Assembly: GCA_040767195.1 (NCBI GenBank)
Contig: JAXGPA010000001.1
Span: 544,001-608,000 of the forward strand
Source of the DNA: Syntrophales bacterium
GTDB taxonomy: Bacteria > Desulfobacterota > Syntrophia > Syntrophales > UBA6807
DNA length: 64,000 nucleotides
Reading direction: 5' to 3'
The notes under the pieces were generated by a model. The model was not told where the DNA came from. It made no database searches and saw nothing but the letters and a program-made list of their open reading frames with translations. The position numbers and the translations under genes are program-made. This document shows, piece by piece, positions 28,618 to 38,475 of this stretch; positions within the stretch are counted from its first letter, which is position 1; each line of letters begins with the position of its first letter.

Positions 28618-29723
28618 GCCGGGCGTTCCAGGGGCCGGGCGTCCAGGACGACATCGTCCCCGTATCGGCGGACGGTCCGAAACCTTAAACGGACGGCGTC
28701 GTCCATGGTGAGAACCCCCAGGTCTCCCAAGGCCTCGATCCCCTTCCCCGCCAGTTTCGGGGCGACAATGACGAGGTACCTGTCGGCCTTTCCTTCCCGG
28801 ACAAAAGAGGTAATCACGGAACTTCCGCCCTCCACGAGAAGGGAACTGATCCCCCGCCCGGCGAGGACCGGCAGGGCGGCGGCCAGGTCGACGCCCCCCT
28901 GCCGGCCTTCGGGAAGGACCTCCACGGCCACTCCCCGATTCCGAAATTTCTCAAGTTTTTCCTCATCGTGCCCCGACGTGGTAAATAAAAGCGATTTCGC
29001 CTGTTCCTGATTCTGAAAAACATTTGCCGCGGGGGAAACGGACAGGGACGCGTCGAGAACGACCCGCAGGGGGTTTCGCCCCCGGACCAGGCGAACCCGC
29101 AGATCGGGGTCGTCCTTCAGGACCGTCCCCGCCCCGACGAGGATCCCGTCGTGAAGGCTCCGAAGCCGGTGGGCGTATTTCAGGGATGGCCCGGAGCTGA
29201 TCCACCGGGAGTGGCCCGTCGCCGTGGCGATCCGGCCATCCAGGGTCTGGGCGTATTTCACCGTGACAAAGGGCAGGCCCGTTTCCATGAATTTGAAGAA
29301 GGTTTCATTCAGGTCCCGGCATTCCCGTTCCAGGACGCCGACGGTGACGGAAACGCCCGCCTCCCGGAGCCGCCCGACGCTTCGCCCCGACACCCGGGGA
29401 TTGGGGTCGGCGGTACCGATGACGACCCTGGCCGGCTTCTCCCGGAGCACCCGGTCCACGCAGGGCGGTGTTTTCCCGTGGTGGAAACAGGGCTCCAGGG
29501 TTACATACAGGGTTGCCCCCGCCGGTGATTCGGTCGCCCTGTCGAAGGCGTTAATCTCCCCATGAGGCCCCCCGAACCGCTCATGGTATCCTTCGCCTAT
29601 AATCCGGTCTCCCTTCACGAGAATTGCCCCCACCATGGGGTTTGGGCTCACCTGTCCCGCGCCCCTGCGGGCCAGGCGAAGGGCTCTCTTCATAAAGGCA
29701 ATATCTTTATCGGTCATTTCCAT
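28614..29723 (-). CDS. ribD: Riboflavin biosynthesis deaminase/reductase
   Basis: PNPMVG, HGE, TLEPCFHHGKTPPC, TLDGRIA, LLVEGG. Confidence 0.96.
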   Translation of the reverse strand: MEMTDKDIAFMKRALRLARRGAGQVSPNPMVGAILVKGDRIIGEGYHERFGGPHGEINAFDRATESPAGATLYVTLEPCFHHGKTPPCVDRVLREKPARVVIGTADPNPRVSGRSVGRLREAGVSVTVGVLERECRDLNETFFKFMETGLPFVTVKYAQTLDGRIATATGHSRWISSGPSLKYAHRLRSLHDGILVGAGTVLKDDPDLRVRLVRGRNPLRVVLDASLSVSPAANVFQNQEQAKSLLFTTSGHDEEKLEKFRNRGVAVEVLPEGRQGGVDLAAALPVLAGRGISSLLVEGGSSVITSFVREGKADRYLVIVAPKLAGKGIEALGDLGVLTMDDAVRLRFRTVRRYGDDVVLDARPLERPA

Positions 29724-29956
29724 TTCTTCGAAAATTCAGGAGAAGGCCATGTTCCCTCTATAACATAGAAAAGCTTATCCATGTATTTTTCTCTTGTCCC
29801 TCAGGTATTTGAATTCTAACAGCTCCACGGGAAAGGGAAAACCTTAATCGGCGGGCATCAACCTGCGCCGGCACTCTCAGAGACGAAAATATCCAGGACG
29901 TCTCATCTTACGTTCGAATCGGTGTTCCAAGATCTGTCGACGCAAGCCCAATGCTT

Positions 29957-31456
29957 TCATGTTGAAAAATCATATAGATAGACCGATGCACCGGGGGCCT
30001 TGTAGACATCTCTCAAGGTTGCCCTGTCACTTAGATTATGAATAATGAATTTTTCTTCATTCACGGGACACCAGAAGCAATTGTGAGAGATAATCACCCA
30101 GATCCGACCCTTGCCGGCATGTTTTTCAATATCAAGTATGTATTTTCCAGGGGCTTCTCTTGATCTTATTCCACCTACAGCCTCGTTCTCATCAAAACCG
30201 TATTTCCCGGCGTAAAAGGAAAAGGCCGGCCATGAACTGTAGTAAACATAGACCACATCACTCTGCGATCGTTCTTTCTGAACATGAGCAAGAACCGGTT
30301 TTATATGCTCTCTCATTTCGGGATTTTCAACACGTTGAGCGGCTAGCGCAACAGGATGCATGAATAGATAGATTACCAAAGGAACAAGGCACACCCACGA
30401 GGCCCACGGGTGTATTCTCTTCAGGAGAATCCTCACAGTCTCCAGGGCTTCCGCAATGAGAAGGTATATGACAGGCCCCAGGAAAAGAAGTAACCGTCCG
30501 CTGGCAGGATATTTACGAAAGGCTGAGGCAATGAGGACGGCAGCAAAGGGCACCACGAGAACCAGTCCAGCCGACTTTCTGCGATAGAAGAATGAGACAA
30601 CTCCAGCCGCAACAAGGAGGAAAATGAAAAAGGGCGGATTTGTCAGTCCGGCAGGATCTCTCAGAAAACCACAAAACACATTTATGAACCAGGAGAGATC
30701 CTCCCAGGGAGGCCAGGGCATAAAGGCATTTTTCCAGTAATTTAAAAGGCTTGAATTTGACGCCAGGGTTCTTAGAGACACAATATAAAGAAAAATGTAG
30801 CAAATGAACCATATCAGAAACGTCCACCCTGTCCACACCCATTGCTCTCTTTTTTTTGCAACGAAATCATTTACGATCAGTCCGATCCCGACGCCGGACA
30901 GGATGAACAAAGCCGGATGGGAAAAGAAAATGGACACGGTGCCGAAAGCACACAAAAACATATAATCAATTCGTCCTGCATCCTTTTCAAGACATTTTCC
31001 AGCAAGGAAAAGAAGCAGCAGGGTGAAGAAAACATCCGTGGAATACTGCTTGTTTTCAGATGCGTAATAAATCATTGGGCCGGACAGACTGAACAATCCG
31101 AGCGCAATGAGACCGCCGATACTGCCGACATATCGAAATGACACCCGGTACATCAGATACAGTGCCGCCAGTGACGCCATCACGGGAAAGATTCTCAGAA
31201 CAAAATCCTCGCCGCCGAAAGCTGTCACCATCGTTTTCTGAGCCAATAGAAAACCGATAGGGGCTCCCTGACTGTAATCCAGCGGACCAAGGAGATTCCC
31301 GAAAGACCGGTTAACGATGTTCAGGGCCAGCATTGCTTCATCGAGCCACAGAGACCGATTCGCCGCATACTGATTCAACCTGAGAAAAGCCCCTGCTATC
31401 ATAATTGCAAGAGCGGCGTATCGAGTGGCCTGATCTTTTATTCTCTCTCCTGTCAT
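29957..31456 (-). CDS. GT39/PMT-like (GT-C fold) membrane glycosyltransferase
   Basis: SLWLDEA after the first TM, ENKQYSTD, many TM helices; AT-richer than its flanks. Confidence 0.75.
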   Translation of the reverse strand: MTGERIKDQATRYAALAIMIAGAFLRLNQYAANRSLWLDEAMLALNIVNRSFGNLLGPLDYSQGAPIGFLLAQKTMVTAFGGEDFVLRIFPVMASLAALYLMYRVSFRYVGSIGGLIALGLFSLSGPMIYYASENKQYSTDVFFTLLLLFLAGKCLEKDAGRIDYMFLCAFGTVSIFFSHPALFILSGVGIGLIVNDFVAKKREQWVWTGWTFLIWFICYIFLYIVSLRTLASNSSLLNYWKNAFMPWPPWEDLSWFINVFCGFLRDPAGLTNPPFFIFLLVAAGVVSFFYRRKSAGLVLVVPFAAVLIASAFRKYPASGRLLLFLGPVIYLLIAEALETVRILLKRIHPWASWVCLVPLVIYLFMHPVALAAQRVENPEMREHIKPVLAHVQKERSQSDVVYVYYSSWPAFSFYAGKYGFDENEAVGGIRSREAPGKYILDIEKHAGKGRIWVIISHNCFWCPVNEEKFIIHNLSDRATLRDVYKAPGASVYLYDFST

Positions 31457-31979
31457 AAGTACCTTTCCTCGTTAAATAAATATGCGAACATCAGATTGTA
31501 ACACGTGTGGGAATAGCGACCGGCGGAACGCGGAAAAAAGCAACATAAAGGCACTCAGAGTTCTCATTTTTAAAAACAAAAAAGATCAAATTTTGAGGAC
31601 GAAGAACCGGAAATCACATTTTTCCATTTTACGACATGACCAGCATAATCAGAATGTTTGCTCTTTCAAGAAATCATTACTCTCAAGGTCGTGGCTTCAT
31701 GGTGGTACTGAAAAATATATTAATCGAACAATTGGCCGCCCTTGTTCTTCCTGCAGTCACAATACCGGCTGTGGCTTGTAAAAAGAGAGGGTCCGAGAAG
31801 ACCAGCAGCATCTTAAACCGGATTCTACGGAAAATCGAAAACAATGCCTTCAATAAAGCCCGTCTCCCAGGAACTATATGAGAGATCGAGGGATCACAAG
31901 TGTTTTTTTTCTATTGAATGTGATAATGGGGCAGTTGGTTGTGGGCAGTTGCAGCCAATGCCAGTTCAGTGGAGGACAG

Positions 31980-32435
31980 ATGATCGAAGGTGTTGTAGTA
32001 AAAAAACTTCGGGTCATCCCCGACGAGCGGGGGCGGCTGATGGAAATTCTGCGGGCGGACGACGCCCTTTTCAAAAAATTCGGCCAGGTCTACATGACCA
32101 CGGCCTATCCCGGCGTCGTCAAGGGGTGGCACTATCACAAGAAACAGTTCGATGCCATGGCGGTGGTCCGGGGAATGATGAAGATCGTCCTTTACGATTC
32201 GAGGGAGGACTCCCCCACCCGGGGGGAGGTGAACCAGTTCTTCGCCGGGGAGCACAACCCCGTTCTCATCCAGATCCCGCCTTATGTCTACCACGGGTTC
32301 AAGTGCGTTTCCGAGACGGAGGCCATCGTGGTGAACATCCCCACGGAAGTCTACGCTTACGACGACCCCGACGAGTACCGGGTGGACCCCCACGACAACG
32401 ACATTCCCTACGACTGGAGCCGGAAAGACGGCTGA
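31980..32435 (+). CDS. rmlC: dTDP-4-dehydrorhamnose 3,5-epimerase family (cupin)
   Basis: GGAGG RBS; DERGRLME, VKGWHYH, YHGF. Confidence 0.82.
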   Translation: MIEGVVVKKLRVIPDERGRLMEILRADDALFKKFGQVYMTTAYPGVVKGWHYHKKQFDAMAVVRGMMKIVLYDSREDSPTRGEVNQFFAGEHNPVLIQIPPYVYHGFKCVSETEAIVVNIPTEVYAYDDPDEYRVDPHDNDIPYDWSRKDG

Positions 32436-32441
32436 TTGATC

Positions 32442-32562
32442 AAAGAAGGGGGACTTAAAAAGAAGGGGGACACCCTTAAATAATTCAAAGTAGAGCAGGA
32501 GGGGGGACACCCTTAAATACAATAACTTTTTTTAAAAGTTATTGTATTTAAGAGTGTCCCCC
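32442..32562. repeat. GGGGAC-tagged REP-like palindrome with truncated direct copies
   Basis: 29-nt arms at 32502-32530 and 32534-32562 with one mismatch; partial copies at 32442-32454 and 32457-32482; between convergent genes. Confidence 0.85.
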
Positions 32563-32585
32563 TTTTTATCAATTTTCTACGTTTT

Positions 32586-34001
32586 CTATTTCGAAAGATA
32601 GTCGTGAATGGCCCGGGCGGCCTTCTTTCCCGCCCCCATGGCGAGGATGACCGTCGCCGAGCCGGTGACGATGTCCCCACCGGCGTAAACGCCGGGGCGG
32701 CTCGTTTCCCCCGTTTCCTCGTTGGTCATGATGTAGCCCCAGCGGTTCGTCTCGAGCCCCGGGGTGGTCGCCGGGATGACCGGGTTGGCCGTCGTCCCCA
32801 CGGCCACGACGACCATGTCCACGGGGATGAGGTACTCCGACCCCTCGACGGGAACGGGCCTTCTCCGGCCCGATTCGTCGGGCTCCCCCAGTTCCATGCG
32901 GAGGCAGCGCATGCCCGTCACCCAGCCGTCCTCGTTCCCCTCGTATGCCACGGGGGTGGTGAGATACCGGAACTGGACACCCTCTTCCTCGGCGTGGTGG
33001 ATTTCCTCCGCCCGGGCGGGCATCTCGGCCCGGGACCGGCGGTAGATGATGTAGGCGTTTTCAGCCCCCAGGCGCAGGGCCGTCCGGACCGAGTCCATGG
33101 CCACGTTGCCGCCGCCGATGACGGCCACGTTCTTTCCCCGGGCGATGGGCGTGTCGTATTCGGGGAACAGGTAGGCTTTCATGAGGTTTGACCGGGTCAG
33201 GTACTCGTTGGCCGAATAGATCCCTCCCAGGTTTTCGCCGGGTACGTTCATGAAGACGGGAGCACCGGCTCCGACGCCCAGGAAAACGGCGTCGTAGCCC
33301 TCGGCAAAGAGGTCGTCCACCGTCTTCAGCCTCCCGATGACGGCGCTCGTGACAATCTTCACCCCCATCTTCTCGAGGTAGGCGACTTCCGCCTCGACGA
33401 TGGCCTTGGGAAGGCGGAACTCGGGAATGCCGTAGACGAGGACGCCGCCGGCCCTGTGGAGGCCCTCGAAGATGGTCACGTCGTGGCCCAATTTCACGAG
33501 ATCCCCCGCCGCGGTGAGCCCCGCCGGGCCGGCCCCGGCGATGGCCACCCGCTTGCCCGTGGGGGCGGCGCACTCGGGGACATCGACCTCCCCCTGGGCG
33601 CGCTCGTAATCCGCCACGAACCGCTCGAGTCGCCCGATGGCCACGGGATCGCCCTTCTTCCCCAGGATGCAGACCTGTTCGCACTGGATCTCCTGGGGAC
33701 AGACCCTTCCGCAGACGGCGGGAAGGCTGTTCGTTTCCTTGATCTTCCGGGCGGCCCCGGAAAAGTCCCCCTCGGCGATTTTCTGAATGAAACCCGGGAT
33801 GTCCACATCCACGGGACAGCCGGCAATGCAGGTGGGCTTCTTGCACTGGATGCAGCGCTTCGCTTCCAGGACCGCCCGTTCCGCTTCGTAGCCCAGGGGA
33901 ACCTCGAGAAAATTCCGGACCCGGACCGCCGGTTCCTGCTCCGGCATGGACTGCCTCGGGATTTTTTCCTTCTTCGCCGGTTTTTCCCTGTTATTTTCCA
34001 T
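32586..34001 (-). CDS. nfnB: NfnB (GltD/SudA-like large subunit of bifurcating transhydrogenase)
   Basis: CIQC...CPV, CGRVCPQEIQCE, GAGPAG, GGGNVAMD, YRR; paired with nfnA, and no gltB present. Confidence 0.85.
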   Translation of the reverse strand: MENNREKPAKKEKIPRQSMPEQEPAVRVRNFLEVPLGYEAERAVLEAKRCIQCKKPTCIAGCPVDVDIPGFIQKIAEGDFSGAARKIKETNSLPAVCGRVCPQEIQCEQVCILGKKGDPVAIGRLERFVADYERAQGEVDVPECAAPTGKRVAIAGAGPAGLTAAGDLVKLGHDVTIFEGLHRAGGVLVYGIPEFRLPKAIVEAEVAYLEKMGVKIVTSAVIGRLKTVDDLFAEGYDAVFLGVGAGAPVFMNVPGENLGGIYSANEYLTRSNLMKAYLFPEYDTPIARGKNVAVIGGGNVAMDSVRTALRLGAENAYIIYRRSRAEMPARAEEIHHAEEEGVQFRYLTTPVAYEGNEDGWVTGMRCLRMELGEPDESGRRRPVPVEGSEYLIPVDMVVVAVGTTANPVIPATTPGLETNRWGYIMTNEETGETSRPGVYAGGDIVTGSATVILAMGAGKKAARAIHDYLSK

Positions 34002-34830
34002 CGCGGCACCCGCACAGGTAGCTTTCCATGGCTTTTTCCTCCTCGTCACAGTACATCCGAAGGCGCTTCATGAGGAGATCGAAATCCACCTCGTGACCGT
34101 CGAACTCGGGACCGTCGACACAGCCCAGTTTCGTTTTCCCGCCCACGTTCACCCGGCAGGCGCCGCACATGCCCGTGGCATCGACCATGATGGGGTTGAG
34201 GCTCACGATGGTTTTCACGCCGTAAGCCCGGGTGACATTGCAAACGGCCCGCATCATGGGCACGGGACCGATGGCGAAGACCCGGTCCACCTTCTCTTTC
34301 GAATCGAGGACATCTTTGAGGACGGACGTGACGAAGCCCGGTATGCCGTAGCTGCCGTCGTCCGTGGCCACGTAAAGAACGTCGCTTGCCGCCTTCATCT
34401 CGTCTTCCAGGATCAGGAGGTCCTTCGTCCGTGCCCCGATGATGGAGATCACCCGGTTCCCCGCTTCCTTGAGAGCCCTGGAAATGGGGTAGACCACCCC
34501 GATTCCCACACCGCCGCCGACGCAAAGCGCCGTCCCGAAATTCTCGATCTCCGTGGCGTGCCCCAGGGGGCCGAGGATGGCGTGCAGGCTGTCGCCCGTT
34601 TTCATGTCCGCCAGGTACCGGGTCGTTTTGCCTACCACCTGGAAGACGATGGTGACCGTTCCCTTCGCTTCGTCCGAATCCACCATGGTGAGGGGAATGC
34701 GCTCCCCCCTGTCATGGGTCATGAGGACGATGAACTGGCCGGCCTTTCGTTTCCGGGCGATCTCCGGCGCTTCAAGCACCATTTTCCAGATGCTTTCTGA
34801 AAGTTCTTTTTTATCGATGATCCTGTTCAA
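33991..34830 (-). CDS. nfnA: NfnA (PyrK/SudB-like FAD/[2Fe-2S] subunit)
   Basis: ERIPLT, GPLG, GGGVG, MVDATGMCGACRV, CVDGPEF. Confidence 0.88.
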   Translation of the reverse strand: MNRIIDKKELSESIWKMVLEAPEIARKRKAGQFIVLMTHDRGERIPLTMVDSDEAKGTVTIVFQVVGKTTRYLADMKTGDSLHAILGPLGHATEIENFGTALCVGGGVGIGVVYPISRALKEAGNRVISIIGARTKDLLILEDEMKAASDVLYVATDDGSYGIPGFVTSVLKDVLDSKEKVDRVFAIGPVPMMRAVCNVTRAYGVKTIVSLNPIMVDATGMCGACRVNVGGKTKLGCVDGPEFDGHEVDFDLLMKRLRMYCDEEEKAMESYLCGCRDGK

Positions 34831-34922
34831 GGCTTGGCCTCCCGTTGGCGGTCCTCAAAAACAGACCGCCGTGAAAATATCTCCGTATCCGGCGGGGGTG
34901 GATTTTCCCTTCCGCGAATGCA

Positions 34923-34939
34923 AGCAAAATCCGTGCCGA
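34923..34939 (-). promoter_or_regulatory. Putative sigma54 promoter for nfnAB
   Basis: Minus strand TCGGCACGGATTTTGCT, a near-consensus GG-N10-GC. Confidence 0.75.
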
Positions 34940-35006
34940 AATGGGATGACAGGCGTGATGCTTTCATCGGGCGGCCCGGCAACACGGGGCGGTGTGTGGG
35001 CCGCTC

Positions 35007-35034
35007 AAGAAACAGGGAGCCCGAAGGCTCCCTG
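35007..35034 (-). terminator. Intrinsic terminator after flxA
   Basis: CAGGGAGCC-TTCG-GGCTCCCTG followed by TTTCTT. Confidence 0.75.
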
Positions 35035-35091
35035 CGGAAAAACACGTTTTTCCCCTTTGACGGAACAAAAAGCGCCGTCCCGGGATATCGA

Positions 35092-35937
35092 TCAGTACTC
35101 CTTGGTCAGCTTGTCCAGTTCCGCCAGAGAGAAAACGGGACCATCCTTGCAGACGTACTTGCTTCCCACGTTGCATCGGCCGCACTTCCCGATGCCGCAT
35201 TTCATCCTCATTTCCAGGGAGGTGTAGATGTTTTCCTTGGAAAAACCGAGGTCGAAAAAGACGGGGAGGGTGAAGCGGATCATGATGGGGGGGCCGCAGA
35301 TGACCGTCACGGCGTTTTCCGAACTCGGGGCGATCTCCTTGCAGACCGTGGGCACAAAACCCTCCCGGCCCGTCCAGCCCTCGTCCCCCTTGTCCACGGT
35401 GACATTCAGGTTCAGGTCCTTTCGTTTCGCCCACTCGGCGAGCTCGTCCTTGTAGATGAGGAGGCCGGGAGACCGGGCGCCGTAAACCACGGTGATGTCG
35501 CCGAAGCGGGCACGATTCTCCTCGTAAAGCATGTAGTTCAGGAGGGACCGGAGGGTCGTGAAAGCGAATCCGCCCCCGACGATGACGACGTTCTTCCCTT
35601 CCAGGTATTCCAGGGGCCAGCAGTTTCCCAGGGGGCCGCGGACACCCATGACGGTGCCTTCTTCCATGTTGTGCAGGGCCGTCGTGACGACCCCGGCCCG
35701 CTGGACGGTGAATTCCAGGAAGCCCTTCTGGGTCGGGGATGAGGCGATTCCGATGGGGGACTCTCCTTTTCCATAAATGGAAAGTTCCCCGAACTGTCCC
35801 GGCAGGTACTTGAAGCTCTCTTCGTCTTCCTTGTTCACGAAGGCAAGCCGGAACGTTTTGATGTCTTTGGTATCCACTTCCGTCGTAATTTTTACGACTT
35901 CAACAGGAATGGGCAAATAAGGGTTCCTCTCCATCAC
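35092..35937 (-). CDS. flxA: FlxA (FAD/NAD-binding, [2Fe-2S]; AsrB-like)
   Basis: PGQF, RGPLGN, GGG, CGPPIM, MKCGIGKCGRC, CKDGPVF. Confidence 0.82.
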   Translation of the reverse strand: MMERNPYLPIPVEVVKITTEVDTKDIKTFRLAFVNKEDEESFKYLPGQFGELSIYGKGESPIGIASSPTQKGFLEFTVQRAGVVTTALHNMEEGTVMGVRGPLGNCWPLEYLEGKNVVIVGGGFAFTTLRSLLNYMLYEENRARFGDITVVYGARSPGLLIYKDELAEWAKRKDLNLNVTVDKGDEGWTGREGFVPTVCKEIAPSSENAVTVICGPPIMIRFTLPVFFDLGFSKENIYTSLEMRMKCGIGKCGRCNVGSKYVCKDGPVFSLAELDKLTKEY

Positions 35938-35949
35938 CTTCTCCCGAAA

Positions 35950-36978
35950 CTATAATTTCGAAATATCCGTCACGATCTTCCGAATGTCGATATTCACCGG
36001 GCAGTACATGACGCACCTTCCGCATCCCACGCACGCGATGGCGTCGAAGTTGTCCACGAAATACTTGAACTTGTGCATGAGCCGCTGCCGCCACCGCTGC
36101 TTCTGGGAGGTCCGGGGGTTGTGTCCCGACGTCTCCTGGGTGAAGAGCCAGTACATGCACGAATCCCAGGACCGGACCCGCTTGCCTTCTCCCTTCTTGA
36201 CCTCGTCGGTGATGTCGAAACAGTGACAGGTGGGGCAAAGGTAGGTGCAGGTCCCGCAGGCCAGGCAGCTCTTGTGGATGGTGTCCCAGAACGGGTGTTC
36301 AAAGTTCTCGTCCAGCCAGGCCTTGATTTCCTTTCCCGGAATCCTGGACTGGATCTCGCTTTCCGACTGTTTCACGAGGGCCGCTTTTTTCTTGTCGGCC
36401 TCTTCGTCCGCCTTCGGCAGATCCCCCCATTTCGCCAGGAGGGCTTCGCCCTTGGCCGTCAGGAATTCCGCCAGGTACGAATCACCGAGATCGGTCAAAA
36501 GAACGTCCGCCCCCTCCGTCGAAAGGGGATGGCCGCCCACGGACGTGCAAAAACAGGTGGTATAGGGGGGATGGACGCACCCGAGGGAAACGACCGTCGC
36601 TTTCTCCCGCCGTTCGATGTAGTAGGGGTCTTTCCACTGATCCTGGTTGAAAAGGGCGTCCAGAAGGACGAAGCTTCGGGCGTCGCAGGGCCGTACCCCG
36701 AAGAGAACCACCTCTTTCGCCTTCCCCGCTTCGTCTTCCTCCAGTTCCATCCCCCGGGGGGTCCTCATGAAACGAAGGAGCGTCTCCGCCTGGGGGAAGA
36801 AAAGGTTCTTCGGCGCGTCTTTCGTGTTCTTGTACGGGAGAAACGGCTCCTTCCCTTCCTCGAGAACGGCATAGACGATGTTGTCTTCCTCTTTAACGGG
36901 AGCGTAGACGGTCATGTCGGCGGTGAGCTTCTTCACCAGGTCGGCCAGGCTTTCTTTTTTGATGATTCTCTTTTCCAT
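35950..36978 (-). CDS. flxB: FlxB (4Fe-4S dicluster; AsrA-like)
   Basis: GVRPCD, CFCTSVG, CLACGTCTYLCPTCHCF, CVGCGRCVMYCP. Confidence 0.8.
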   Translation of the reverse strand: MEKRIIKKESLADLVKKLTADMTVYAPVKEEDNIVYAVLEEGKEPFLPYKNTKDAPKNLFFPQAETLLRFMRTPRGMELEEDEAGKAKEVVLFGVRPCDARSFVLLDALFNQDQWKDPYYIERREKATVVSLGCVHPPYTTCFCTSVGGHPLSTEGADVLLTDLGDSYLAEFLTAKGEALLAKWGDLPKADEEADKKKAALVKQSESEIQSRIPGKEIKAWLDENFEHPFWDTIHKSCLACGTCTYLCPTCHCFDITDEVKKGEGKRVRSWDSCMYWLFTQETSGHNPRTSQKQRWRQRLMHKFKYFVDNFDAIACVGCGRCVMYCPVNIDIRKIVTDISKL

Positions 36979-37050
36979 ATCTTCCCTTAGATCTTCATTG
37001 ATATGTCAGGTTCCGTTGACCTTCCGATACCTTCTTCTTTTTGCCCCCCG

Positions 37051-37899
37051 TTACAGGAGCCCCAGGGATTTGAGGAGGGGCGACGGGTCCGTGCTGTGAA
37101 GACGGAACCACCCCTCGGGGCCCGGAAGGCCCAGGGCCAGGGCGATGAGCTCGGTGAAGTAGAAGACGGGAAGCCGGAGTTCCGGGGTGGGCCTCATGTC
37201 CACGTTGGCCATGCACACGGGGCAGGCCGTCACCAGGCAGTTCGCCCCCGCTTCCCTCGCCATGGTCATGAGCTTGTCCACGAGGCGAACCACGATTTCC
37301 GTTTTCCCCAGGGTGAGGCTCCCGCCGCAGCAGTCGGTCTTGCAGGACCAGTTCTTCGGCTCCGCCCCGAGGGCGGTCATCATCTTGTCGAGCATGACGG
37401 GATTTTCGTAGTTGTCGAACTCGCAGACCTCGGGAGGCCTGAGGAGCAGACACCCATAGTAGGAAACGGGCTTCAGGCCTTCGAGCTTCCGGGTCACCCT
37501 GGCCGCCAGTTCGTCGAGACCGATGTCATTGAAGAAAATGTCAATGGGGTTCCGTACCGACAGGTCACCCCGGTAAGGCGCCCCGATGATCTCCTCGATC
37601 TCCTTTTTCAGGGCCTCGTTGCCCTTGAGATGGTGCTGGGCCATCTTGAACCGGTTGAAGCAGGCCGCGCAGGGAACCATGACATCGAGGCCGGCTTTCT
37701 CTGCCGCGGCGAGGTTTCTCGCCGGCAGGGCCACGGAAAGCTTGAAGTTGGTCATGTGGGCCGAAGAGGCGCCGCAGCACGACCAGTCGTTCACCTCGGC
37801 CAGCTCGATCCCCAGGGCCTGGCTCACGGCCTTGACGGACTGGTCGTATTCCTTCCCCGTGGCATGGAGCGAACATCCCGGATAATATGAAACCTTCAA
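37051..37899 (-). CDS. hdrB: Heterodisulfide reductase subunit B
   Basis: YYPGCS, two CCG motifs, PCAAC, YYGCL, ACPVC. Confidence 0.92.
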   Translation of the reverse strand: MKVSYYPGCSLHATGKEYDQSVKAVSQALGIELAEVNDWSCCGASSAHMTNFKLSVALPARNLAAAEKAGLDVMVPCAACFNRFKMAQHHLKGNEALKKEIEEIIGAPYRGDLSVRNPIDIFFNDIGLDELAARVTRKLEGLKPVSYYGCLLLRPPEVCEFDNYENPVMLDKMMTALGAEPKNWSCKTDCCGGSLTLGKTEIVVRLVDKLMTMAREAGANCLVTACPVCMANVDMRPTPELRLPVFYFTELIALALGLPGPEGWFRLHSTDPSPLLKSLGLL

Positions 37900-37928
37900 A
37901 GACCGCCTCCTTAGAATCTATTGACGCG

Positions 37929-38471
37929 TCACTTGTTTTTCGTTCTGTCGAATATTCTGCGAACGGACGCCACGTCCTTCGTTTTCGGGGACACGAGGGC
38001 CAGCTTGCCCTTCATGAACATGTCGAGACCCAGCTTGAGGTCGGAAAAGAGATCCCCCGTGGTCATCTTGTACCGGGCGATCATCATGGGCTCGTTGATC
38101 CGGCCGCCGGATTTCACGCCGGAGAGAAACGCCTCGTGGAACTTGAGGATATTTGCCTCCCGGGCGCCCGTCCCTTCCTCGATGGCCATTTCCCGGAGGA
38201 CGTCCATCATCCGGGCGATGTCCACGTCGTTGGGACAGCGGGTCACGCAGGTTTCGCAGGAAGCGCAGAGCCAGATGGTCGAGCTGTTCAGCACCTCCTG
38301 GCGTTTCCCCATCTGGATCATCTTGATGACCTTGTTGGGGTTGTACTCCATGGCGAAGGCCACGGGACAGCCGGCGGAACATTTCCGGCAGTGGTAGCAC
38401 CGCTGGATGGGTACGCCGTCGATTCGCCTGTTGACTTCTTCCAAGAACGCTCCCATATCGTCTCCGTTCAT
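37929..38471 (-). CDS. hdrC: Heterodisulfide reductase subunit C
   Basis: CYHCRKCSAGCP and WLCASCETCVTRCP. Confidence 0.9.
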   Translation of the reverse strand: MNGDDMGAFLEEVNRRIDGVPIQRCYHCRKCSAGCPVAFAMEYNPNKVIKMIQMGKRQEVLNSSTIWLCASCETCVTRCPNDVDIARMMDVLREMAIEEGTGAREANILKFHEAFLSGVKSGGRINEPMMIARYKMTTGDLFSDLKLGLDMFMKGKLALVSPKTKDVASVRRIFDRTKNK

Positions 38472-38475
38472 CCTG

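Noticed and set aside
29724..29956. FMN riboswitch upstream of ribD
   Set aside because: No RFN core motifs found on the minus strand.
31482..31979. Short ORFs 31482-31781 and 31636-31881, and the upstream extension of rmlC
   Set aside because: No motifs or convincing RBS; rmlC has a clear GGAGG before ATG 31980.
32442..32562. CRISPR array
   Set aside because: Repeats are unequal, partly inverted and lack regular spacers; no cas genes. No array was seen anywhere in the window.
32586..34001. Glutamate synthase small subunit
   Set aside because: No large subunit gene nearby; pairing with a PyrK-like gene indicates NfnAB.
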